Below, piece after piece: positions 1 to 9,841 of a stretch of DNA of 64,000 nucleotides. Source of the DNA: an uncultured Clostridia bacterium. Its GTDB lineage: Bacteria; Bacillota; Clostridia; Christensenellales; UBA1242. The stretch spans positions 82,269 through 146,268 of the forward strand of contig CAKVID010000001.1 in the NCBI GenBank assembly GCA_934754355.1, given 5' to 3'. A program made the position numbers and the translations under genes. The stretch's first letter is position 1. The number at the start of each line of letters is the position of its first letter. The notes beneath the pieces were generated by a model, which saw nothing but the letters and a program-made list of their open reading frames with translations, searched no databases and was not told the origin of the DNA.

Positions 1-15
1 AAACAACAAGCGGGA

Positions 16-1668
16 ATGAAATTGACATTCTTGGGTGGTGTTGGAGAAGTAGGCAAGAACTTGATGGTTTTGGAATATAACAATGAAATGTTGGTTATAG
101 ATAGTGGTCTTGCTTTTCCTTCTGACGATATGCCGGGAATAGATATTGTTATTCCAGATTTTACTTATTTAGTAAATAATAGACAAAAAATAAAGGCAAT
201 ACTTATAACACATGGACACGAAGACCATATTGGTGCTTTGCCATATCTACTAAGAGAATTACCAAATGTACCAGTGTATGCTAGCAAATTGAGTGTAGCA
301 TTAATAGAAAATAAATTAAAAGAACATAAGAAAATTAAATGTAAACCTAATTGTGTTAAACCAAGGCAAGTAATCAAGATTGGTAATAGTTTTCAGGTAG
401 AATTTGTTAAAGTTACACATAGTATTAGTGGTGCGCTTGCTCTTGCTATTACAACACCTGCTGGAGTATATTTCCATACTGGAGACTTTAAACTTGATTA
501 TACTCCAATTGATGGCGATGCTATGGATTTAATTAGAATTGCTGAGATAGGTAGAAAAGGAGTACTATTGCTTACTGCAGATAGTACAAATGCTGAGCGT
601 CCAGGCTTTAGTATGAGTGAGAGAAAAGTAGGTGCAACACTAGATAATTTATTTGTACAGAATGCAACTAAGAGAATTATTATTGCTACTTTTGCAAGTA
701 ATGTGCATAGAATTCAACAAATATTGAATATTTGTGAAAAGTATGGTAGAAAGATTGTGTTTACTGGAAGAAGTATGCTTAATATTTGTGAAACAGCCGC
801 TAAGATTGGAGAATTGAAATTTAATAAAGATATAGTGGTTGATGTAAATAATATGGATAAGTACGAAGATAAACAAATTTGTATACTTTGTACTGGAAGC
901 CAGGGAGAAGAAAATAGTGCTTTGGCTAGAATGGCTAATGGTGAATTTAATAAGATAGAGATAGGTAATAATGATTATGTAATATTCTCATCTTCTACCA
1001 TTCCTGGTAATGAGAAAGAAATTAACAATGTAATTAACCTTTTGTATTCCAAAGGTGCGTCAATTATCTATGAGTCTTTGGCAGAAGTGCATGTAAGTGG
1101 TCACGCTTATCAAGAAGAATTGAAAACTATGCAAACCCTTCTTAAGCCTAAATTCTTTATTCCAGTTCATGGCGAGTATAGACATCTAAGAGCACATAGT
1201 AATTTGGCAAAAGATTTGGGTATGAATGAAAGAAATATTGTAATTCCAGAGATTGGAGATACAATACTAATCAATAAAAATGTTGTAAAGAAAGTTGGTA
1301 CAGTTCCTAGCGGTATTAAATTGGTAGATGGTTTTGAAGTTAGTGAGGCTGGTGGTATAATTCAAAGAGATAGAATGCAATTAGCCGAAGAGGGTATTTG
1401 CATTGTAACAATAACAATTTCGGCAAAGAATGGTTCACTTACAAGTAAGCCAGATATTCTAACTAGAGGATTTATGACTATCAAAGGTAATGAAGATATG
1501 TTGGAAGAAGTGAAAGAATTAATTTTAAATCAGATAATTAATGCTAATTTTAAAACTCAAGATTGGGCAATGATAAAAGGCAGTGTGAAGAAGACATTGC
1601 AAACTTACTTCTTTAAAAAAGTGAAAAGAAAACCATTAATAATACCTATTATTATAGAAACAAACTAA
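16..1668 (+). CDS. rnj: Ribonuclease J (metallo-beta-lactamase / beta-CASP RNase)
   Basis: 550-aa ORF with the HxHxDH motif (ITHGHEDHIGALPYL), a beta-CASP region and a C-terminal domain typical of Bacillota RNase J. Confidence 0.9.
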   Translation: MKLTFLGGVGEVGKNLMVLEYNNEMLVIDSGLAFPSDDMPGIDIVIPDFTYLVNNRQKIKAILITHGHEDHIGALPYLLRELPNVPVYASKLSVALIENKLKEHKKIKCKPNCVKPRQVIKIGNSFQVEFVKVTHSISGALALAITTPAGVYFHTGDFKLDYTPIDGDAMDLIRIAEIGRKGVLLLTADSTNAERPGFSMSERKVGATLDNLFVQNATKRIIIATFASNVHRIQQILNICEKYGRKIVFTGRSMLNICETAAKIGELKFNKDIVVDVNNMDKYEDKQICILCTGSQGEENSALARMANGEFNKIEIGNNDYVIFSSSTIPGNEKEINNVINLLYSKGASIIYESLAEVHVSGHAYQEELKTMQTLLKPKFFIPVHGEYRHLRAHSNLAKDLGMNERNIVIPEIGDTILINKNVVKKVGTVPSGIKLVDGFEVSEAGGIIQRDRMQLAEEGICIVTITISAKNGSLTSKPDILTRGFMTIKGNEDMLEEVKELILNQIINANFKTQDWAMIKGSVKKTLQTYFFKKVKRKPLIIPIIIETN

Positions 1669-1677
1669 AGGTTAAAG

Positions 1678-2295
1678 ATGAAATTTGAGGAAATAATTGA
1701 AAATTTGCAAGATGAAATGTGCTATGCAAAATTAAATTATGTGCCTATAATTAGGAATAAATCCGCTAAATTTTTATATGATTTTGTACAAAAAAATAAC
1801 TATAAAAATGTATTGGAAATAGGTACAGCCATAGGCTTTAGTGGAAGCATAATTATTGGTGCTGGTGCAGAAAATCTGACTACTATAGATATCAATGAAG
1901 ATTATTTGAATATTGCTACTAATACTTTTAATAAATTTGGGATGCTTGACAAAATTAATATTTTGCATGGCGATGCCAAAGATATTATTCAAGATTTATT
2001 AATGCAAAATAAAAAATTTGATATGATATTTCTTGATGGTGCTAAAGGTCAATATATTAATTACTTGCCAATTTTAAGCAAACTTATTGTGCCTAATGGG
2101 GTAATATTTGCAGATAATGTACTCCTTCATGGTATGGTAGAAAGTAATGAATTTATACCGCACAAAAAAAGAACTATGGTAGTAAATTTAAGAAAATATT
2201 TGGAGGCTGTATCGAAACCTCCTTGTGAAACTGAATTAATGCATTTGGAAGATGGCATAGCGATAACTAAAATCAAAGGAGAAAAAGATGTGTGA
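1678..2295 (+). CDS. trmR: SAM-dependent O-methyltransferase, YrrM/TrmR-like (tRNA ho5U34 methyltransferase family)
   Basis: 205 aa with a class I MTase glycine motif (VLEIGTAIGFSG) and acidic loop (MIFLDGAKGQY). It lies directly upstream of, and overlaps, a U32 peptidase gene, as yrrM-yrrN/O do in B. subtilis. Confidence 0.7.
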   Translation: MKFEEIIENLQDEMCYAKLNYVPIIRNKSAKFLYDFVQKNNYKNVLEIGTAIGFSGSIIIGAGAENLTTIDINEDYLNIATNTFNKFGMLDKINILHGDAKDIIQDLLMQNKKFDMIFLDGAKGQYINYLPILSKLIVPNGVIFADNVLLHGMVESNEFIPHKKRTMVVNLRKYLEAVSKPPCETELMHLEDGIAITKIKGEKDV

Positions 2296-3496
2296 GTTAT
2301 TATCTCCAGCAGGAAATATGGAGAAATTAAAAATTGCATTCAAGTATGGTGCTGATGCCTGTTATTTGGCGGGTAAAAGTTTTGGACTTAGAGCGTTCTC
2401 GGGTAATTTTGATGAAAATGAATTGGCTGATGCGGTTAATTTGGCTCATAGTTTAAATAAAAAAATTTATGTAACAGTAAATATTGTAGCGCATAATAAT
2501 GACTTTGATGGACTTGATAAATATTTGATGTTTTTAGAGAATATTAATGTAGATGCAATAATTGTAAGTGATATTGGAATAATGGAGTTGGCAAAAAAGG
2601 TTGCTCCAAAACTAGATATACATGTATCTACTCAGGCAAATGTTACAAATAAATACACTGCTAAATTTTATGCGGATTTAGGAGTTAAACGAATAGTATT
2701 GGCCAGAGAATTAAGTATAACAGAGATTAAAGAAATTAAAGAATACTTGCCAAAAGATGTGGAAATAGAAACATTTGTACATGGTGCAATGTGTATTTCT
2801 TATAGTGGAAGATGTTTGCTATCAAATTATTTGTCTGGTAGAGATAGTAATAGAGGTGCTTGTATTCAAGCATGTAGATTTGAATATTCAATATGTGAGA
2901 AAACTAGAAAAGGTGAACATTATGATATTCAAGAAGATGATAGAGGAACTTACATTTTAAATAGTAAAGATTTGTGTATGATTGAATATCTAGATCAATT
3001 AATTGATGCTGGAGTGACTTCTTTTAAAATTGAAGGAAGAATGAAAAGTCCTTACTATGTAGCAACAATTACTAATGCGTATCGTAGAGCAATTGATGAT
3101 TTGAAGAATGGTAAGCCATTTGATAAAACCTTGATTAACGAAGTAGAGAAAACAAGCCATAGAAGATATACAACAGGTTTTTATTTTGGAAGTAAAGACA
3201 AAGAATATATTAAGGATAGTATGCCAATACAAAGCAGTGAATTTATGGCTGTTGTGAAAGAAGATGCAAATAACGGTTATGCAACTATTGAACAGAGAAA
3301 TAGATTTAAAAGAGGAGATAAGTTGGAAGTGCTATCTCCAAATGATACATTCAATCAAATAATTGAAGTGGATGAAATGTTGGACGATAAAGGTAATCTT
3401 GTAGAAGATGCCTCTTTAGTACAACAAACATTGGAACTTAAAACTACTTTAAATTTGAAAGAGGGAGATATTTTAAGAAAATCTATTGATGAATAA
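2288..3496 (+). CDS. Peptidase U32 family protein (YrrN/YrrO / TrhP-like, tRNA U34 hydroxylation)
   Basis: 402 aa with a U32 signature region (FVHGAMCISYSGRCLLSNYLSGRDSNRGACIQACR). Overlaps the upstream methyltransferase gene by 8 nt. Confidence 0.8.
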   Translation: MCELLSPAGNMEKLKIAFKYGADACYLAGKSFGLRAFSGNFDENELADAVNLAHSLNKKIYVTVNIVAHNNDFDGLDKYLMFLENINVDAIIVSDIGIMELAKKVAPKLDIHVSTQANVTNKYTAKFYADLGVKRIVLARELSITEIKEIKEYLPKDVEIETFVHGAMCISYSGRCLLSNYLSGRDSNRGACIQACRFEYSICEKTRKGEHYDIQEDDRGTYILNSKDLCMIEYLDQLIDAGVTSFKIEGRMKSPYYVATITNAYRRAIDDLKNGKPFDKTLINEVEKTSHRRYTTGFYFGSKDKEYIKDSMPIQSSEFMAVVKEDANNGYATIEQRNRFKRGDKLEVLSPNDTFNQIIEVDEMLDDKGNLVEDASLVQQTLELKTTLNLKEGDILRKSIDE

Positions 3497-3516
3497 AATT
3501 ATAAATGTTTACAAAG

Positions 3517-3547
3517 CACACTATATTTTTAAATAGTGTGTTTTTTA
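3517..3547 (+). terminator. Rho-independent terminator after the U32 gene
   Basis: Stem cacactat / atagtgtg followed by a T-run. Confidence 0.6.
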
Positions 3548-3946
3548 TTTTGAATTACTTAATTTTTAGACAAAATTACCCCGATGAATTTGCTTATATT
3601 TATTCAAAATATAGTATAAAAATACATATAAAATTATAATTCTTAGGACAATAAAAATACAATTTTAAACTTGAAATTAGTGAATAATAATACAATAAAA
3701 TGTATAAATATTTATAAAAATATTTGATTATGAAAGCATTGAATTCTTGTATGTATAATAGAAAACAGTGCGAAATGTGTGTATATTTATGCTTAGAATA
3801 TAATATTTATACATTAATAAAAGTAAATTAATATGTCATGAGTTTATGGTTTTGATTAGATAAAATTTAATTGAAAAACTAAAAAATATTTGATGGACAG
3901 GCAAAAAACGACATATTTCGACATATATTACGATAAGGAGTATGCT

Positions 3947-4651
3947 ATGATTGTCGAAAGTTTTATGATGTTTTTACAGAAGATAATGTTTTTCTCTTCT
4001 TATATTAAGAACTGTTCATCTTTTCCAAAACCGCTAACTCCAGAAGAAGAAAGAGAATACTTGGAAAAATTTGAAAATGGAGATGAAAAAGCAAAGGAAA
4101 TACTTATTGAGCATAATTTAAGATTGGTGGCTCATGTGGTAAAGAAGTATAATCAAGCAGATGAAGCTGATGATTTAATATCTGTAGGAAGTTTGGGTTT
4201 GATTAAAGCCATAAATTCGTACAAATTAAATCATGGAACACAATTTAGTACATATGCGGCTAGATGTATTGAGAATGAGATATTGATGTTAATTAGAACT
4301 AATAAGAAGCATAAAAATAATGTAAGTATAGAAGATGTGCTTGGTGCAGATGAAGAAGAGAATGAAATCAAATTAGGGGATTTGAGTTATAATGAAGAAG
4401 AAAATGTTGAAAATTTGGTAGAGCAAAAGATGATATCTCAAAATTTAGATGAAATTCTGAAGAAACACTTATCAAAAAGAGAATATCAAATAATGTGTAT
4501 GAGATATGGGCTAATGGGAACTCCAATGCTAACCCAAAGAGAAGTAGCAGTTAAATTGAATATAAGCAGAAGTTACATATCAAGATTAGAAACTAAGTCT
4601 ATAGATATATTGCGAAAAGTATTAAATAAAAATGATTTTGGTTTTAAGTAA
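3947..4651 (+). CDS. sigK: Sporulation sigma factor pro-sigma-K (uninterrupted)
   Basis: LIEHNLRLVAHVVKKY and YAARCIENEILM match B. subtilis SigK rather than SigE. The pro-sequence IMFFSSYIKNCSSFPKPL resembles LVFLVSYVKNNAFPQPL. I moved the start to ATG 3947 because AAGGAG (3935-3940) lies 6 nt upstream; the track ORF begins at 3890. Confidence 0.85.
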   Translation: MIVESFMMFLQKIMFFSSYIKNCSSFPKPLTPEEEREYLEKFENGDEKAKEILIEHNLRLVAHVVKKYNQADEADDLISVGSLGLIKAINSYKLNHGTQFSTYAARCIENEILMLIRTNKKHKNNVSIEDVLGADEEENEIKLGDLSYNEEENVENLVEQKMISQNLDEILKKHLSKREYQIMCMRYGLMGTPMLTQREVAVKLNISRSYISRLETKSIDILRKVLNKNDFGFK

Positions 4652-4689
4652 GGATAGAGTATTGCATTAAAGTTAAATTTATGATACAA

Positions 4690-5045
4690 TATATTTGTTA
4701 GATATACAGACGATTGCGAGTATTATATACTTGAGGAAAGTCCGAGCATCATAAGAGCAAAATGCAAGTTAACGACTTGTGGAGGCGACTCCAAGGAAAG
4801 TGCAACAGAAAAGATACTACTATATATGCACTTGTGCTATATAGTAAAAGGTGAAATAGTAGTGTAAGAGACTACTAATTGTATAGGTGACTATATGATT
4901 GTGTAAACCCCATTTGATGCAAGGTAGAGAGGTGTTTTAAAGTTGCTCTGCCAATCTCTCAATACACCGCTAGAAATTGCTGGTAACGGCAATGCTAGAT
5001 AGATAATCGTCCAAAACAGAACTCGGCTTATGGATATTCTAATAT
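4690..5045 (+). ncRNA. rnpB: RNase P RNA (bacterial, Bacillota type B-like)
   Basis: Universal P4 motifs GAGGAAAGTCCG (4733-4744) and ACAGAACTCGGCTTA near the 3' end. A P3-like hairpin cgagtat..atacttg is present. Ends are approximate (+/-15 nt). Confidence 0.85.
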
Positions 5046-5081
5046 ATGCTTTTGATATTAATTATCAGAAGCATTTTTTTG
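5046..5081 (+). terminator. Rho-independent terminator after rnpB
   Basis: Stem atgcttttgata / tatcagaagcat followed by T7. Confidence 0.7.
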
Positions 5082-5732
5082 TGCTTCAATTGTTTTTGGG
5101 TGCGTGATTTTGTTTTTTTGTTTTATCTTTGATTTTGTTGTGTTGGTGATGTTTATATGTTTTTTGTTGTTCTAAATATGTGATAAAATAAATATATATA
5201 ATTGTCACAAACACTAAAGTTATTGACAAAAACATATTATATATATAAATAATGTATTGATATATGTACAATAATGTTATAGTAAATATGTTTTGATAAT
5301 TTTGATTATTTTTTATATTTTTATTATAAAATATTTGTGTTATAATATTGTGATTAATTTGATTTATCAAAATGCATTGTCTTTATATAGTGTATATAAT
5401 TTTAAATATTATTAAAAATTTATTTTAGTTTTACTATGTTATTTGTATTATTAATTTTCTTGTGATTATTTATAATGGTCTTCTTAATTTTAAGGTTAAT
5501 TTCTTGTTATTAATTTATCTTGAAAAAATTTGTTTAATGTGCTATTATTTAAGTGTAAATGCTAGGGTAATTTTTTGCATTGTGTGTTATTTATTATACT
5601 CAAATAATGCTATGCACTTGTGCAATTAAAAATACTAGTACACTAGTAATGATTGTTTGTTCAAATTGATGTGTATAATTTTAATACTTGCTTTAAACCC
5701 CTAAGTTATTTTTTATAGTAAGGTTTGTAGTT

Positions 5733-7013
5733 ATGGATTTGTTTGAAGGAAACTTAATTAAACATAGTCCTCTAGCAGATAGAATGAGGGCTAGAACTCT
5801 TGGCGAATTTGTAGGTCAAGAACATTTAATTTATCGTAATAGTTTTTTGGTAAGAGCAATAGAAAATGGTGTAGTCGGCTCTTGTATTTTTTATGGTCCT
5901 CCCGGCTGTGGCAAAACTACTATCGCTAATATTATTGCTAATACTTGTAATGGTGTATTTAAAAAACTTAATGCTGTTAGTTCGGGTGTTGGCGATGCCA
6001 AAGAAATTATTAATGAGGCTAAGTCTACTCTTGAATTATATGGAACTAAAACATACTTGCTACTTGATGAGTGTCATAGATGGTCAAAAGCACAAAGCGA
6101 TTGTGTATTAGAGGCTATAGAGAAGGGGTTTATTATATTTATTGGTTCTACAACTGAAAACCCATATATATCTATGACTAGGGCTATTGTGTCTAGATGT
6201 AAAGTATTTGAATTTAAACCTCTTAGTGTAGATAATCTTGTGCTTGCTATTAATAGAGCGCTTAAAGATAAAGATAGAGGACTTGGAAATTTAAAAATAT
6301 CTATATCTGATGAAACAGTAAAATATCTGGCTTTCAATTCTTCGGGAGATTTGAGGTCGTGTTATAATGCTTTGGAATTTGCTGTTACTACTACGCCTCC
6401 TAATGAAGATGGTGATATAGTGATAAATATTGATACTATAAACGACTGTCTTCAGAAGGGTAATATTGGTCTTGATGAGAATACTTCTTATGATTGCTTG
6501 AGTGCATTCTGCAAATCTTTGAGGGGGGGTGATACAGATGCTGCTTTGTTCTATGCAGAGAAATTGATTGCTTCTGGTTATGATCCTTGTATTTTGGCTA
6601 GAAGATTAATTGCTCATGCAAGCGAAGATATTGGCATGGCGGATAGTAATGCGCTTTTGATTGCTATTTCAGCTCTCACTTCTTGTGAAAAACTTGGTCT
6701 TCCTGAATGCAACTTGACACTTGCTCATGCAATAATATACATTTGCGAGGCAGAGAAGAGTAATTCTGTTTTGCTTGCAATGGAGGCTGCAAAGCATGAT
6801 GCAGAAGTGTATAAAAATGCAAGAGTACCAAATCATTTGAAAAACCACCCAACTGGCTATGATGATGGACATAAAATGTATAAATATCCACACGACTTCG
6901 GAGGTTACTGTAAACAACAATATTTGCCAGATGAATTAAAAGATAAAAGATATTACTTTCCTAAAAATAACGGTCGTGAAAAAGGATTAATTAGGAAAAA
7001 AGACAAATTCTAA
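5733..7013 (+). CDS. rarA: Replication-associated recombination protein A (AAA+ ATPase RarA/MgsA)
   Basis: 426 aa with Walker A GPPGCGKTT, Walker B LLLDECHRW and the MgsA C-terminal domain (YDCLSAFCKSLRGGDTDAALFY). Confidence 0.9.
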   Translation: MDLFEGNLIKHSPLADRMRARTLGEFVGQEHLIYRNSFLVRAIENGVVGSCIFYGPPGCGKTTIANIIANTCNGVFKKLNAVSSGVGDAKEIINEAKSTLELYGTKTYLLLDECHRWSKAQSDCVLEAIEKGFIIFIGSTTENPYISMTRAIVSRCKVFEFKPLSVDNLVLAINRALKDKDRGLGNLKISISDETVKYLAFNSSGDLRSCYNALEFAVTTTPPNEDGDIVINIDTINDCLQKGNIGLDENTSYDCLSAFCKSLRGGDTDAALFYAEKLIASGYDPCILARRLIAHASEDIGMADSNALLIAISALTSCEKLGLPECNLTLAHAIIYICEAEKSNSVLLAMEAAKHDAEVYKNARVPNHLKNHPTGYDDGHKMYKYPHDFGGYCKQQYLPDELKDKRYYFPKNNGREKGLIRKKDKF

Positions 7014-7221
7014 TAATTATAAATATGTTTGCATAATTATGCATAGATTTTTAAATTAATGGAATATTTGATAAATTTTTGATATTAAGAAAAATTCAGT
7101 AATTATTGGTTTTTTAATATAAATTGTCATTTAACATAAAAAAAGTAAGTTCCAAGTATTATTTATTTGGAATTTCTTTTTTCTTATGATATATTAATAT
7201 AAATTAAATTAGGGGGTCTAC

Positions 7222-7881
7222 ATGGAGAAATCTAGAAAAGTTCTATCAATTGTCACAATTATTTCAGCAGTTATGGTATCGCTATTATTTATATTGCAAT
7301 TATTTGGTATTGATTTTCTTGGTAGTTTCAAAGGTAATATCTACTTTACTTTTGGTTCGCTTGCTGTTGGTGGATTTTTTGCTATAAATAGTTTGAATAT
7401 GATACTTAAAAATAAAATCATTGGTTGGGTATCATTTGGCTTGATTGCTGGTTCTGTTATTTTGATTATTCTTACTTCTTGGTTAAATTTGAAAAATGAA
7501 ACACTTATTAATATAATGATATCTTTAGGATTATTATCTGTTCTATTTAATATTATTGTATCTTCTGGGTTGGATTTGGGAAAATCTTATCTTGCTATCC
7601 AAATTCCAGTGTACATAATTGCTGGTATTGCCGATTTGATATCTACTCTTATAATCTTTGGCACATTAGATATTAGTAAAATGTTTGCATTGTTCTTGTC
7701 TATTATAATAGTTACAATCGTAGGTATTATAATTCTAAAAGTTCTTGCAAAGAAGAGAGTTACAAATGAAATCCTTGACGAGAAAGATATGGTTAAAATA
7801 TCCAAAACAGAATATACAATGCTTATTGACAAGGCCAGAAAATATGATGAATTAATGTCAAAGAATAATTCTAATGAGTAA
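7222..7881 (+). CDS. Hypothetical multi-pass membrane protein
   Basis: 219 aa with about 6 hydrophobic segments and a charged C-terminal tail. RBS GGGGG lies upstream. No family recognised. Confidence 0.55.
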   Translation: MEKSRKVLSIVTIISAVMVSLLFILQLFGIDFLGSFKGNIYFTFGSLAVGGFFAINSLNMILKNKIIGWVSFGLIAGSVILIILTSWLNLKNETLINIMISLGLLSVLFNIIVSSGLDLGKSYLAIQIPVYIIAGIADLISTLIIFGTLDISKMFALFLSIIIVTIVGIIILKVLAKKRVTNEILDEKDMVKISKTEYTMLIDKARKYDELMSKNNSNE

Positions 7882-7969
7882 ATTGTGTGTGATTTTATTT
7901 TAAATTTTTAGTAACGAATAAAATTAAATATTATTTTAAATTTTGTAATGAGCATAATTTAATATCAAA

Positions 7970-8005
7970 TAAAAAAAGTCTAGTTATATTGCTAGACTTT
8001 TTTTA
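7970..8005. terminator. Bidirectional terminator between convergent genes
   Basis: A-run, stem agtctag / ctagact, then T-run. Confidence 0.65.
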
Positions 8006-8197
8006 TACATTTCTTTGTGTTATATGTCTTAATATACTCAATTAATTATTATAAGGCAAATTATTTAAGTTTAAATGCTATTGAGTAAACTATTTTAGTA
8101 AAATATAACATAATAAATTAAATTTATTGTTGATTAAAATTGCTATAAACAATATTGTTAATTATGTTTCTTTATTTGAATATTTGCAAGATAATTA

Positions 8198-8743
8198 TTA
8201 ATTATTGATTATATTTAGAATTTCATCAATAGTATCATCAATATTATTGTTCTCGATTACAAAATCAAAATATTGTGCGTTCTTAATATATTCATCATAC
8301 TCGTTTAGACGCTTATTCATACTGTCAAGGGGTTCGTTTCTACTAATTAGTCTTTGTCTAATTTCTTCTTTTGGTGCAGTTAAGAAAATGCTCTTAACAA
8401 TATTCCCATATTCTCTTCTAATAGCGTCTAGTCCATTTTTGTCACAGTCTCTTATTGCAATTCTGCCGGAATTAAGTATTTCATCAAAACTGGATTTACG
8501 CATTCCTCTATAAGTTCCATGTCTTACTGTTTGCTCAAAAATTTCTCCAGTTGCTCTTCTCTTCAAAAATTCTTCTTCTGTTAAAAATAAGTAGGGGTTA
8601 TTTTGACTTTCATTTTCACGCATTGGTCTAGTTGTTGCATTAATTGGTTTGCCAAATTTATCTGGATATCTTCTAATTATCTCATTAACAATTGTATCTT
8701 TGCCAACTCCACTAGGACCTTCGATTATAACTATTTTTCTCAT
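8198..8743 (-). CDS. Guanylate kinase family protein (divergent)
   Basis: 181 aa with P-loop GPSGVGKDT and a NATTRPMRENE region resembling the Gmk S-TTR-R-GE motif. It is not in the canonical gmk-rpoZ position. Confidence 0.65.
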   Translation of the reverse strand: MRKIVIIEGPSGVGKDTIVNEIIRRYPDKFGKPINATTRPMRENESQNNPYLFLTEEEFLKRRATGEIFEQTVRHGTYRGMRKSSFDEILNSGRIAIRDCDKNGLDAIRREYGNIVKSIFLTAPKEEIRQRLISRNEPLDSMNKRLNEYDEYIKNAQYFDFVIENNNIDDTIDEILNIINN

Positions 8744-8751
8744 TCTATCTC

Positions 8752-9624
8752 CTAAATTGTAGGTTTAAAGTTAGTAAATATAATATTATCTGCATGTGGA
8801 GCAATTGCTAAATAACTATTTTGATTATTTACGCCACTAGCCAAAATTCCTACTGGTTTGTGTTTGGTTACATATCTACTAGGCAATAATTCGGCAGAAT
8901 AACAAATGAAATCTGCATGAGTAATTTTGTATAGTTTCAATTTCTTCAAAGTCTTGGTCTTGATAGAACCAAACATTTTCTCTTTGAAATTACCGCTCTT
9001 CAAAATTCTTGTAATATAAGGGAATTGATTGAAACAGTATTGCAAAGTATATGGATTAATACTAGATATTGCTACTTGGCTATAGCAGTTGTATTTGCTT
9101 ATATATTTTTGCAAAGAAGTTAATACCTTGTCTTCAAATTTGCCAACCATTCCTTCGTTGCAAATTTCAATAATAATAGGAGTTTTGCCGGCGATAAATT
9201 CTAGTGCTTCGTCTAGGGTTGGCACTTTCTCGTTATTATCATTTAGGTTAATTTCTTTTAATTCACTTAAGTGCAGTTTGTTCAAATATCCGCTAGTGCT
9301 ATTTATTACTTTAGCCAAACTCTTGTGAGAGAAACAAACAATATTATCGTCATCAAGTATTTGAACTGGAATGCAAATAGCATAACCTTCTTTGATTGCT
9401 TGAGAGTAGGCACTAAATGTATTAGGGAAAGTATCCAAAGATATTTGTCCATTCATTGCAATATATTTATCTACTATCCAATAATTATTAGTAATTTCAA
9501 AATAATCTGGTTGTAATTTTAATTTGTCTATTTGTTTGCTTTCTATAAATGCATCAATATTTTTTTTATATTTATCAAAAGACAACTCGGGGTTGGCTTC
9601 AGTATTTATTACTATTTTTTTCAT
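8752..9624 (-). CDS. Glycerophosphodiester phosphodiesterase (GDPD)-like protein with substituted catalytic residues
   Basis: 290 aa. The GDPD-like layout is alignable to UgpQ (PNTFSAYSQAIKEGYAICIPVQILDDDNIVCFSHK; IIIEICNEG). The HR, E, E/D and HD catalytic positions appear replaced. Confidence 0.5.
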   Translation of the reverse strand: MKKIVINTEANPELSFDKYKKNIDAFIESKQIDKLKLQPDYFEITNNYWIVDKYIAMNGQISLDTFPNTFSAYSQAIKEGYAICIPVQILDDDNIVCFSHKSLAKVINSTSGYLNKLHLSELKEINLNDNNEKVPTLDEALEFIAGKTPIIIEICNEGMVGKFEDKVLTSLQKYISKYNCYSQVAISSINPYTLQYCFNQFPYITRILKSGNFKEKMFGSIKTKTLKKLKLYKITHADFICYSAELLPSRYVTKHKPVGILASGVNNQNSYLAIAPHADNIIFTNFKPTI

Positions 9625-9841
9625 ATTTATTACCTTTGTACTTTTGCAGAACGCGAAAGGTTTTTATTTATTTTATGCGAGTTTATGGGATAAAATGAAA
9701 GTAATGCCAAAAAAACTAAAGCATACTTCCATGACTTTGGTAATATTTTAGCAAAAAATATATTTTTTTTAAAGTAAATTTTGTACATTTTTAAATTTTT
9801 TTTGAAATTGGTGGTATTTTTTTGATATTTTGCAAAAATTA

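Noticed and set aside
3893-3902. SpoIIID-box-like motif atggacaggc just upstream of sigK, as a stand-alone regulatory call.
   Set aside because: A 10-nt degenerate consensus is expected by chance many times in 64 kb. I mention it only within the sigK finding.
5086-5370. 94-aa ORF on the minus strand in the rnpB-rarA spacer.
   Set aside because: The translation is a low-complexity N/I/Y/K string in extremely AT-rich DNA, with no RBS. It is most likely a chance open frame.
5634-5647. ACTAGT-ac-ACTAGT (two palindromic hexamers 2 nt apart) upstream of rarA, as an operator.
   Set aside because: It is a very short element and a single occurrence. I note it only as part of the AT-rich spacer finding.
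7034-7049. Perfect 16-bp palindrome atgcataattatgcat right after the rarA stop.
   Set aside because: It is probably part of the termination region, since a conventional hairpin plus T-run follows at about 7146-7190. There is no independent evidence for an operator.
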